DNA from: Amoebidium appalachense
Lineage: Eukaryota > Protista > Ichthyosporea
NCBI GenBank assembly: GCA_963693365.1
Contig: CAVNZM010000002.1
Coordinates: 4,976,259-5,040,258, forward strand
Length of the DNA: 64,000 nt
Direction of reading: 5' to 3'
This document shows, piece by piece, positions 18,147 to 30,100 of the stretch. The notes beneath the pieces were generated by a model. The model was not told where the DNA came from. It was given only the letters and a program-made list of their open reading frames with translations, and made no database searches. The translations under genes were made by a program, and so were the position numbers. Every line of letters begins with the position of its first letter. Position 1 is the stretch's first letter.

Positions 18147-20918
18147 GCCACGGTGTGCGTGTGCGCGCGCGTGTGTCTAAAGTAAATTGTGTTGTATTTC
18201 TACGTGTAAACGCGCATGGGTATGGGGGAACCAAGGAAGCCTGAGACTTTGCTGTCTAGCCTAACAGGAAACCTCTCACCATAGGAACGACCCTGCGTCT
18301 AACTATATATTTGGTTCACATAGCCTGCGGATTAAAAGCCATACCTGTATATGCACAGATATGGGACATAACGATTACATATACCGGATATTCAGTGTGT
18401 ACTATTCAGGCGGTGACGGACAACTTGATTTTCAAAGGGCTGACATAACTGAGATTGGATCAATTTTCATGTTTTTTGCAGTGTTGATCCTCTTAGCATT
18501 GACGTTGGCCTGAACCATATGATTTACAATACGTTTACGTAAGGTGCCACTGATAACGATGTCCCGAAGCGGAATTTACTTGTAGCCACGCATTACAGTA
18601 CTCTTACGGCGTACGTACAAAACCCGGGCCCCAATTGGCCAACTTCCACACGGTGCCACCTGTGGACGTTCAAGGAGACGTCGACCGTCTTCAGATGGCA
18701 GAGCCCACGTTTGTCGGGTCGTGCACATGTGTGCGTGTGTGGGTGTGTGCATTTGCGAGTGTGCACATGTGCGTCTGTTGTTGCGTGTTTACATGGGCTT
18801 TTAAAAAAAAATTGATATAGATATAATGTGGTAATTCTAATGTACGAGTTGCCTTGTCATAATATACAAGGATCCGGAGCCCCTAGCTTACATACCATCC
18901 TCTTTGACGTTCTTGTGCGTGGGCCATGGGCGCATATGATGGCCGCACAATGATGAGACGACTCAGCCGAGACTCCCCAAAGAACAACAAAAAGTATTTA
19001 ATAACTCACAATTTACAACCACGCTCGACTGTAACATGCAAGAGTTTGTTCACGAGGTGCGCGGGTGCTGCGTGGCATGCAGAATCACATTCCACAAATA
19101 CCACAACAGCATATTTTGGCTCAAGCACTCCAGTATAGTCACTCTGAGTGCTGTCTCCCTGCGGCCTCTTCTTCTTCTTTTATGTTTTTTTTTTTTTTTT
19201 TTTTTTTGAAAGGTATAGTACTACTGAGGCCGGGCCTGGCCACTTACGTAAGGCGCCAGCGGGTACCAGTACATAGCCTTCCCCAGTAGCGGGAAGGGGT
19301 TTCCAGGGTTTGGCGCTCTTAATCGTATTTGTGCACATTCCAGGCATTTTGACACCCTTCACGGCCGTATTTACTAATTGGATGCCCATTTTTAATCGTA
19401 AGTACGACTATTTTGGGTCGTATTGCAACCCCTGGTAGAGGGTGCGCATAGGACCAATCAACGGTGTAGTGACTTCAAAAATTTTATACAATAACCTTTT
19501 TGGGAAAGTGCAGTCACTCGTGTATGAGCGAGATATCCCTTGGATAGTCGGGCCTATAGACCCCCCTCTCTGATAGACCCCCCTGGCATGCCCCTAGCCT
19601 GCCGCACGCATCATGCCAGCTCAGTCTCTCGCTGGCGCTCTCTCGTTCAGGTCTGATCCTTTCTTGTTACACGTGTCGTAGCTCTCCCACGCGTCCGACA
19701 ATACAGGCTCACCCACGTTATCACGAGGTCAGTGTCTCTTTGCCTGTCTTGTCTCCTTTCCGTGCCTGGAGCACGTTGACACATGGTAGCAGAAAAGGTT
19801 CTTTCCTTAGCGCCCTGAGAGCCCCTACCGTCACGTTTTCCACTTGTGCCTCTGCTCTGCCAAAAAAACTCTTTATTTTTTATTTTTTTTACTTTTTTCT
19901 TCCTTAGCAACCTACCGGCAGACCTTTAGGTTACTTCTTGTGTGTTTGCTTATGTCTCACCGCTGTTCTTTCCTGCCAAGTTGCCTTGCTGAAGAAGACT
20001 TGACTGTTCTTTCGTTTTTGGCTGTTTCTACGTTTTTTCGTTTTTTTCACCCCATCCGAAGCATCTTCCTTTTCCATGGGCTCATTTCCGAAGCCACCTG
20101 CCAACGCCCTTTACTTTCGTTTGCGGTATAGTTTCCTGGCCCCCTGTTGCTACTTTCCTGCTTGACTTTGTACAAACATCCTTGCCTTTACGTTTTTGGC
20201 CTGTTTTACGTTTTCCACTTTTGCCTTCACATCCTTAGCATCTTGCCTTCCCATTGGCTGCCCAGTTGCCCTAACTTCACACTAGCTTTACCTGTATACC
20301 GCTGTATGCTGTTTTTGCAAAAAACACACAACCCAATGCACACGAAATTCTGCTGTCAAACAGACCATGATACAATTGCTATACCAACTGCTGTCTACTT
20401 TTTGCCTACACAACGAAGCATTGCCTCGCTGAAGGTCATACACACAGCACAGCCACAATAAATATTACGCTTGCCAGCGGCAAGTTGCTTTAGTTTTCCG
20501 CCGCCGATGCTAAAATTAGTCCGACCGTACGTTTTGTTTTGCCAAAACATAGTCTGCTAGCACCTTTATACCACCCATACTTGCACTTGGCCGCTGTCGC
20601 CACCCTTTACACACTTGCTTGCTGATATATGGCCGCTGTCGCCATTAACACACACTGCTGTGTGCCCGTTGCTGATGCTTGGCCGCTGCGCCACACATAC
20701 ACTTTGCCTTTGCTTCTCTTGGCCGCCGTTGCCACACGCTTGCGATCACACTAGGCCACTGTTGCCACACCCTGCTTTCACGCTTGACACACTCTAGCCT
20801 TTGACCGCTGTGTCACACAAAGCCTTTGTTTTGCACTTGCCCGGTTTTGCTCTCATTCCCTTTTGGCCACCGATGCCCCCCCACGTGCAAGCTGCCGTTA
20901 CCCTAACCCGATAGATTT

Positions 20919-20952
<34 letters not shown>

Positions 20953-21113
20953 TTAAAAATTTTTTTTTATAAAAAAAAAAAAAAAAATCTGGTTTATGCA
21001 TTCGAGCTGCTAGCAATCGAAACGACTCACTGCCCCACGACTCACTGCCTCACTACGTACCAAAAATCACTTTGACTTACACTGCAATACCACACCCACC
21101 GACCCACACTACC

Positions 21114-24100
21114 ATGGCTAATCCCAACGCTCTGAACAATCATTATGCCATTATGGCCCTGCCTGCTGAGCTCCATGCCGCCCCGCAGCAGCAGGTACAA
21201 GAACCTGACAACCCTGGCACGCCTATATATGTTGCTTCCCCTGATAATAGCGATGATGAAGAAGTCTGGGACCCTGCCTATGGCCACTGGCAGGTAGACA
21301 CTGCTTTGCACCCCCATATTACCGTCCGCCGAAACAAACTGCCCAAAAATGTTGCTGCTGCCCCATTCACCAAAGACAATGAGCCTCATGCCCCACTTGT
21401 GTTTGGCACACAGAATACTGAACTTGTCGCAGTGACAGCATGCCCCAATGACTCAAACAATGACGAAGATTGGATAGATGCACGTTTCTATTTCAATGCT
21501 TATGACATGCTGCCTCCCATGCCAGTGCGCGCGAAAACCTTTGCCAACCCACACCCACCTATGCAGGAACCTGTCCTTGTTGCCATGGATCCACAGCCCC
21601 AATTGTTTGCCGCTGGCAATGCCGCCCCCGTGCCCCACGTTGGTGGTGCTGCCCCCGACGTGCCCCACGTTGGTGGTGCCGCCCCCGTGCCCCAAGTTGG
21701 TGGTGCTGCCCCCGTGCCCCCGGGCCTTGGTGTCCCCGTGCCCCCTGTTGCTGGTGCTGCCCCCGTGCTCCCCGTTGCTGGTGGTGCCCCTGGTGGTGCT
21801 GCTGCTGTTCCTGGTGGCGTCCCGGCCGCTGCCCCTGCTCAGGGTGCGGGCCAGCCTGCCGCCCACATGGCCGCTGTGGTCCCTGCCGAGCATCAACAGC
21901 ACGCTGCTGCTGCCGCTGGTCACGCCGTCGCACAACCGGTGATGCAACCCATTGCCTTCCTCCAGCAGGGTGATGCTAACCTGGCTGCCGCTCTCGCCAT
22001 TGCCCACCGTGACCAACAGCTGCGTAACCCGCGCGCCGAGATTCTCAAGACTTGCAAGGCGTCCCTCATGAATGTCACCACGTCTGACAAGGACGCATTT
22101 GAGAATTTTGAGACGCACCTCAACTACACGCTCACCACTGTTGATGGCGCCAACACCCTCACCGACGGGGAAAAGAAGATGCTGTTGCTTGCCCTGCAGC
22201 ACAACGTGTACAAGAATGCGCTTAAGGACATCTCCGTCCACCCGGAGCTGACGTTTGAAGAGGCACTCGCCCGCGTGAAGAATGTGCACCTCACTCCCGA
22301 CGAGCTTTGCCCCTGGCGCAGCTGTAAACAACTGTACACATGAACTGTACATGATGTTTACTAAAGAATGTGATCTACTAGCACACGATTCGTGCTTTGT
22401 CATGAATATCACATAAATATTATGTCCGCACCAATAGGACTCACTCTGACCTAAGAATTGAACCATATATGGTTCTTCCGCTGCATACCACATAAACGAA
22501 GTGAACCAATAAGAGGTTTGCATAAATAGGACAAAGGTCTGACTGGCTCGGACTGGCCGCACCAGAATCACGAATGGCATGTTGCCACCCGCGCTGGCCG
22601 CGGATGAAGCAATCCTGGGCCTTGATCCGAAACCTGGGGGCTATATAACAAAGCCGTCCCAGTACGGGGATCACATCAGTGAAGTCTGAGACAGACTGAG
22701 TCGGCCCATAGTAAAAGCAACCTGGCCGCGTGTGCCTTTCTACCCGTTCTCTGTCTTTATTTTGATTCAGTTGTACTCTGCCTTATCCTAACTAGTCCAA
22801 CTGTTTACATTGGCGACCGCGGCAGGACACTGTTTTACATTGCCAACTGTTTACATTGGCGACCGCGCAGTTCAAGAATCTCGCATCCTTCGAATCTCAC
22901 ATCTTTCAATCAGTTCAAGAATCTCACATCTTTCAATCAGCTCAAGAATCTCCCATGGCCGATCACAATCCTTTTTACCCCGATGATAGGCACATCTTTC
23001 CTTGTCCGGCTTAGAATATATACACCGACAAGTTTGAAGTGGCCAGCCCACCTACACGGAAAGAATTGAAAGCATGTAAAACTTCTTTTGCTACGACACA
23101 TCAAAAATGTGAAGAAAAACGAATACACAACGAAACAACGAATACACGAACAAACGAATAAAGAATTGCTAACGAAGCAATGAACCAACGAAAAACGAAC
23201 TATCACGAATACGCAATGAAATAAAGAATTAACGACAAGCGAATGCATAAAGGAAATACGAAATGAATGCAACACAAAACAAAACAAAGTAACGAAGTTA
23301 TCAAACGACAAAAAACGAAAAACGAAAGCAAAATGAAATGGAAATACGAAAATGAAAGAACGAATGCACAACACTGCTTGGGTTGCAATGCACACAGCCC
23401 CCTCTATGTTACGAAGAAAAGAAAACCGTTGCCCTTGCGTGCATTGCGCTATTGCACACTGTCATCGTGTCCATGCCACCGCATGCACCTCCACACTCGC
23501 AAGCCAGATGCACGGCCACTTTCAGCACGAATGCATTTAAAGAAGAAGATAGTCGCTGTTCCTATAGCATTGAGGACATAAGGTGCTGTGAAAGTAGTTT
23601 TGCATGCATGCTTCGAATTTCTTGCTGTTTTCGAATACAGCATGCCCCATAGTTTAGCGGCGCACAGGATGCACAACATGCGCATGAATGTATGCTGGCA
23701 TGCCTAAACACATTACGAACATATGCCTCATGTATGGCGGCCCTTCCTGGTGCCACGCCCTAACGAATTTGCACTCTTGGTGCACAAAAGGCATGTAATA
23801 AAGTCGATGCAGAACTTTTGTTCATGCATGTGAAAAACAAAGAAGGTGTTGGGTACGAATTTTAAGGTGAATGCCCGTCTGTGGCAATACTGTGTAACAT
23901 ACCAATTACACTGTCAAGCCTTGCACTAGCTGCCGGCACACCCCCACCAGAACAAAAGAATGTGGTATGGGCACCGTTCCCTCACAACCCCAGCATACAG
24001 TGTCAGTATTTTGGCTGGAAGCCTTTCAGTTTCGAATTACGAATACCCTCCTTCACTACTGAAGAAAGTGACGTGGAAGACGAATACGAATACGAATGCA

Positions 24101-27100
24101 AGGTGTTGTTGACTAACACATCGGACCATCATGTGTACCTAGGCCCTGGTACGGAGGTGACCATGTTATTCCCTTGCAATATGATGACACTGTAACAATT
24201 TAGCACGTGCATACCCCACCAATGGGCACATGCGGGAGACAACCCCACAAGCTGCCTTATTGGGCACCTCTGCTAAAACGAATATTCTTCTCACGAAGGA
24301 ACAGAAGAATGCCACGAACACGAACCACACACCCCCCAGGCAGCTACTTACGTCTGATGTATGAAAGTAGTAGGTGTGTGAATGGGGTAACTACATGAAC
24401 ACCAACACGAAAGAAAGCACAGCACAAAGCAGTTCCACGAATACGAATGGTTTTGGTATTCCACATAACGAACAGAACCTACAGTAGGGCCACCTACAAA
24501 TGAAGCAGAGGATGGGGCACCATCCAGACCTGCACTGGAGGATATGAAGATACGAAGCGCGCTCACGAAGTTGCTTACAAAAGAAAGGGCGACTGCGACG
24601 ACTTTTCTTTTTAGGCCAAGCCTCCAGAAGAATGTATTATGCCTGGAATCCCCCTGCTCAACGAAAATGGCTGGCAAATGGGATACGAAAACTGCTCACG
24701 AATGGAAGCATGTGTTTTCTGAAGGAGGCTTGCTTTGCCTACCCTCTTCTTATGAATTATGAACCGGGCTTTTACTGGTTCTGACGGGTGATATATTTCT
24801 TTATGTCGCCCAACGAAGAACACTTGGGCATTTTTATTCTGTTTTTCCCAGCTCCGATGATGCAGGGTTAAAGCTGAAAGGAAAGAAGTGCTCTTTGTTC
24901 ATGAAAGAAGTGGCTTTTCCGGCCATGGTGACTCGCCTTACAGTCTTAAGGTAGAACCGGGATAAGGAGCAGCGGCTAAGCCTTGAAGCTATCCACCACT
25001 ACCTGAGCTACGAAGTGACCTAAGGCTCGAGTTATATTCATTATCGAATGTTTGGTATGATCATTCATCCACACAACCAAATTACTCGCAATTGAAAACG
25101 AATCTGCGGGAGTATCCTAAAAAGGAAAAATTCCCAAAAAGGAAAATACTACTTCTACAGAAAAGCCAAGCACAGAGACGAAGGCTTAGCGAATTATTCG
25201 CACGCACACTCTGCAACAATCTTCGCCACGAAAATGAAATCACAGAAGAATGCTGCATGAATTTACGTTTTGGCAAATGAAGAAGTGCTCATAGACGTGC
25301 ACAACTCTATTCCACCGTCCTTGCTCTGTTCTGTCCAGCAGCTCGGCACACACAAGAATTCTCGCTGAAGGTTGTTTATCGCCTCTCAGCCTGGTGGTTT
25401 GCTTGTCTAACGACACCACCAGGCTCCCGACAAGGGGGGGAGTGTAAACAACTGTACACATGAACTGTACATGTTTACTAAAGAATGTGATCTACTAGCA
25501 CACGATTCGTGCTTTGTCATGAATATCACATAAATATTATGTCCGCACCAATAGGACTCACTCTGACCTAAGAATTGAACCATATATGGTTCTTCCGCTG
25601 CATACCACATAAACGAAGTGAACCAATAAGAGGTTTGCATAAATAGGACAAAGGTCTGACTGGCTCGGACCGCACCAGAATCACGAATGGCATGTTGCCA
25701 CCCGCGCTGGCCGCGGATGAAGCAATCCTGGGCCTTGATCCGAAACCTGGGGGCTATATAACAAAGCCGTCCCAGTACGGGGATCACATCAGTGAAGTCT
25801 GAGACAGACTGAGTCGGCCCATAGTAAAAGCAACCTGGCCGCGTGTGCCTTTCTACCCGTTCTCTGTCTTTATTTTGATTCAGTTGTACTCTGCCTTATC
25901 CTAACTAGTCCAACTGTTTACAGCAGCTACCACATTGCAGATGGCACGAAGATTTCCACGGTGGCCACCGACTACCACAACCTGTTCAACACACACGACG
26001 CCGCCGAGACCGCCGAAGCCTTTGGCCACCTGTCCAGCAACCTTGAACGTGTGTGCCCGGCTGCCATGGAGCGCCTGAACCGTTGGATGTATGACCAGCG
26101 CATGATCACCGGCAAACGGCCCACCATCCCCGAACGCCTTCGCTTTCTCTCCACCGGCAGCGAAACGTGCACTGAGCCGCGCATTGGTGGTGGCTACATG
26201 CCTGCCCCGCCTCGTCCCATTGCCGCTGTGATGCCCCCTGCTGACCACGGACCACTGGGTGGGGAGCGTGATTTCCCTGCCATGCAAGACCGCCGCCCCG
26301 CCGCTGGTGGGCCTTTGCGTAAGCAGGTGCGCTTTACCGACCGGGACGCCCCCCGCGACAACACCGAACGCCTCTGCCCCTTTGGTGACCTTGACTGCCC
26401 GGGCAAAGCGCGCAACAGCCAACCCCACCCCTTCCGCTTTTTGGGCTGCAACTTCTACCACCGCATGCTCCACGACACCAACCTGGAGGTGGACTTTGTG
26501 CGTGTGTACCGCGCTGCCGTCCGCTGCAGCGTAGCTGAGGCCTCTGCGGCTTGCGAGGAGATCATGGAGGATTTGCGCAACGACGCACGCCCGCGTGCCG
26601 CTGGCCCCGCTGAGCGCAACGACCGCTTTGGTCGTAACAATCGCTTTGACCGTGATGACCGCGGCCGTGATGGTGGAATCCGTGCCCGTATGCCTTCCTT
26701 TTTCCCCACCCCAAAACCCACAGACGTAAACTTTAACAGCAGACGCATTGCTACTACGCACAGTATACGTGTAGGCGTGAGCTTTCGTGGCGCACTTACA
26801 GGCACAATGGACTCCGCACACCCTACCACACACAAACCAAACCTACGGCCAGTTGCTCCCATTGTATATTCCGCCACTCTTGATCAGGAAGATAGATACA
26901 GAAATGGCAGATGGATTGCAAAACGCCCGAAAATGCTACCTGCACAGAAAACACCACTGCGCACTGCCCCTGCCCCCCTTCTTCTGCCCCCCCCCACCCC
27001 ACCAACACCCAAACCCGCCCCCTTTATCCGCTCGGGTTTCAGCGCATTTTGGCCACCACGCGTGAAAGACCCCCCTCTCACGAAGTTGTGCAAGCACTGC

Positions 27101-27112
27101 ATATGCCTGTGA
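21114..27112 (+). CDS. gag: Gypsy Gag (21114-22322 joined to 25928-~27075 after removing the nested element)
   Basis: Excising 22323-25927 restores the frame: ...ELCPWRS|YHIADGTKISTVATDYHNLF... Ala/Pro-rich repeats (VPHVGGAAP) precede a predicted helical capsid-like region. Confidence 0.8.
22323..25922 (+). mobile_element. Nested non-autonomous LTR element (LARD-like, 3.6 kb) inserted in gag
   Basis: LTRs 22323-22809 (487 bp) and 25443-25922 (480 bp), TGTAAACA...TGTTTACA. 5-bp TSD GCAGC. PBS TGGCGACCGCGGCAGGA at 22811 (tRNA-Arg-type 3' end). [14 protein letters not shown]. Only decayed pol traces inside (AGLKLKGKKCSLFMKEVAF at ~24860). Confidence 0.93.
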
Positions 27113-30100
27113 AATTACACGACCTTCCTTACAATGCATGCGCAGACAGTGGCTCGTACATTACTCTTGCAGATCAGACTGTATATGAAGCTCTAAGCGC
27201 AGAACACCAGCGCACACACAACAGACGCTTGCCTCTTTTTCCCTGTCCCGATGAGCGTGCACAAGCAGTGAACAACACAACAGTTGACTTTCTTGGTTAT
27301 GTGCACACTACTCTGACTGTGGGACACGTAAACAGAAAAGTGCGAGTGTATGTTGCAAGAGAAAGCCCGCTTCCCCTTATTATTGGAACAGACTATTGGG
27401 GCACACTGCTCACCTCAGGCATACACACCGCACTCATTGATTTCCGCACGCTCATGATTGGAAATGCACACCTTGGCTGGTCTGAAGTAGCATGCCAAGT
27501 CGAACGCGTACCTGCCCCGCAGTTCAACCCCCCCTCCTGCCTCACCACCCGTGCACAACAGCAAACGCAGAAGACTTATGTTATTGCCTCTCTCTCGCGG
27601 CAGGTGCCCAGCCCTACCGCCGCTAAGCAACAACAGGCCCCGCCGTGCCCACCCGGACACTCTGATAACCGCCCCGCCAATGCTTCCACCGTTCCTACCC
27701 CCCTGCCACCGAGACCATCCCCCCACTCCCTGGCTTATGCTGACGGCCTTGCGCCTATGGACCTGGGATCCGGCACCGCCCATCCTCAGACGGTCACCTC
27801 GACACTTTTAGCTAACGCTGGCGCCTATACGGCTATGGACATAGACACGGGCAGTGCCCCCTCTACAAATGTCAACACTGGAATAAATGCAAATGTACTG
27901 TACTCGCCTACCGCGTTGAATCATGTAAACCAAACCGTGACTGAAACTATGACTGGCAATGTTACTGGCTTTACCTATGAACGCATGAAAGACACAACTA
28001 GTACTTGGATTCCCACTGCAGTGTCTGGAATACCCCTCTCTGTTGGAAGATGGTATCGTTATCCAGTCCGATCGCATGAATCAGATCATGATCGGCTGGT
28101 GGCCTGCGAGATCTTAACCGATCTCGTAGCTCAGTTGGTAGAGCACTCGACCGGAGATAGAGGGGTCGCGGGTTCAAATCCCGTCGGGATCATCTTTTTT
28201 TCTCATCCTCTCCTCGCTGGGGTAAAAGCCAGCACGCCTTTACTGGCGTCATCACAACCATCGGCAGTGGTTAGGTTGTGATCTCAAGGCTAGCAAGATC
28301 GCTAGTCTCTGCACCAGGACAAAATCCAAAATGGTAGCATGAACAGAGGTTCAGTGGGGACTGAGGGGGCAGTCCACCCTAACCTGATTCTGCGATTCGT
28401 CCTGAGTGGGGATGTTGGAAGATGGTATCGTTATCCAGTCCGATCGCATGAATCAGATCATGATCGGCTGGTGGCCTGCGAGATCTTAACCGATCTCGTA
28501 GCTCAGTTGGTAGAGCACTCGACCGGAGATAGAGGGGTCGCGGGTTCAAATCCCGTCGGGATCATCTTTTTTTCTCATCCTCTCCTCGCTGGGGTAAAAG
28601 CCAGCACGCCTTTACTGGCGTCATCACAACCATCGGCAGTGGTTAGGTTGTGATCTCAAGGCTAGCAAGATCGCTAGTCTCTGCACCAGGACAAAATCCA
28701 AAACTCTCCCTCTCCGATCCGGAACCCCCCCCACCCTGCCCAGATTTTGCCTCTCTCCCACATATGCAGACACAACCGGCCAACCCCCCCCACCCCCCGC
28801 CCTGCCATCCACCCCACGTGATTGCATCCACCCAACCACCACCCCAACCCCCGTCTTCCCTTCCACCCCCACCAACCCCACCCATCCCTTCCCCCGCCGC
28901 CCGAACTGCACCCACATATCAATATTCCGTCTGCTGCCTCGAGAATGTTATAATCCCCCCGCACTGTATATATGACGGATTGCAATGCAGTGTGCCTGGT
29001 TTGCAAACTCAACACATGAACACATACGCAGATATGTCCCCCCCGAGTGACCGAAAGAGGCTAAAACGATTGGACGGGTTGGAAATTGCATACCACCTAT
29101 TCACCCTCCGCAGCGATAAGCGTGTCAGTTTACAAGTTATGAATCTGACAAACCATCCGATCAAACTTAGCCGCAAGCAATTAATGGGTTACATTGTGCC
29201 GGGTGAAGTAGAAGCGATTCTCCCTATACCTGATATTCTCGAAGACATTAATCTACACAACCCCACCCCCCAACAACAAGACCTCCTAGCCTCTTTACAA
29301 AATGATTGGATTACCGGCCCAGACTCTGAGCCCGAGGAGGAAATGCAGTACAACATCCCCACACCAAAAGTAGTGACAGCCACGCATGCGCGCACACGGA
29401 CACGCCAACCGGTTCCCCCACCCTCGGATCCCCCTAAACCCCCGACAACCGACCACTTGCCGACTGACACTGATTTTGAGGCGCGCCCGCAAGCCTTTGA
29501 CTATGAAGGTGAACATGATGACATTTTCTTTGATCCCCGCACAACGATGACTCACGAACAGATTATTGCGCTCGGCGAAAAAGAAATGAAACACTTACCC
29601 CCCGCCGATCGTGACCGTCTCGTCCAGCTACTGTCCGATTACCGCGAACTTACGAACACAAATGTAGTTGGCTCTATGACCAAAGCCATGGGAATTTTCC
29701 ACCACATTGTTCTCACAGATAACACCCCCACCACTTCAAAATTTCGCCGGTACGCGAAAATCGAGCGTCAAGTCATAGCGAAGGAAATTTCGGAAATGTT
29801 GAATTTCGGAGTGATCGAACCATCCACTAGCGAATACAACAGCCCACTGGTACTGGTAAAAAAAGAAAAATACCAACAAATTAAGGACATGTTACGATGC
29901 AAGAATTCTTAACGGCAAGACAAAGCGCACAATTTACCACATGACACGCGTAGATGAAAGCCTCGACTCCCTCTCGGGTGCCAAATTTTTCACCTGCCTT
30001 GATGCACGCAGCGGATACTGGCAAACACTCATTGCTCCTGAGGACCGCAAGTACACTGCATTCAGCACACCTGAAGGGCATTTCCAATTTGTGGCCATGC

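Larger units (their letters stand above)
28041..28703 (+). mobile_element. TRIM (663 bp) with a tRNA-like gene in each LTR, nested in pol
   Basis: 291-bp LTRs 28041-28331 and 28413-28703, identical by eye. The 81-bp interior starts with PBS TGGTAGCA and ends with PPT GAGTGGGGA. 5-bp TSD CTCTC (28036-40 and 28704-08). Confidence 0.95.

Noticed and set aside
18630-19390. Possible small exons beside the gypsy insertion (also 34280-34400 and 10870-11170)
   Set aside because: Splice-like motifs exist, but there is no consistent frame or recognisable homology.
20586-20880. CRISPR-like repeat-spacer pattern
   Set aside because: Repeats are short and degenerate, spacing is irregular, there are no cas genes, and it lies in a eukaryotic retrotransposon leader.
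20911-20990. Poly-T/poly-A foldback in the gypsy leader
   Set aside because: Homopolymer-only and error-prone; no interpretable structure.
21453-26833. Long antisense ORFs (375 aa and 310 aa) opposite gag
   Set aside because: Shadow frames of GC-rich coding sequence that run into LTR sequence.
28120-28564. Two ordinary host tRNA-Ser(GGA) genes
   Set aside because: They lie inside LTRs bounded by a TSD, lack U33 and lack the Ser long variable arm.
28339-28653. 104-aa ORF and the matching tail of ORF 26911-28281
   Set aside because: Read-through into TRIM LTR/tRNA sequence; not protein-like.
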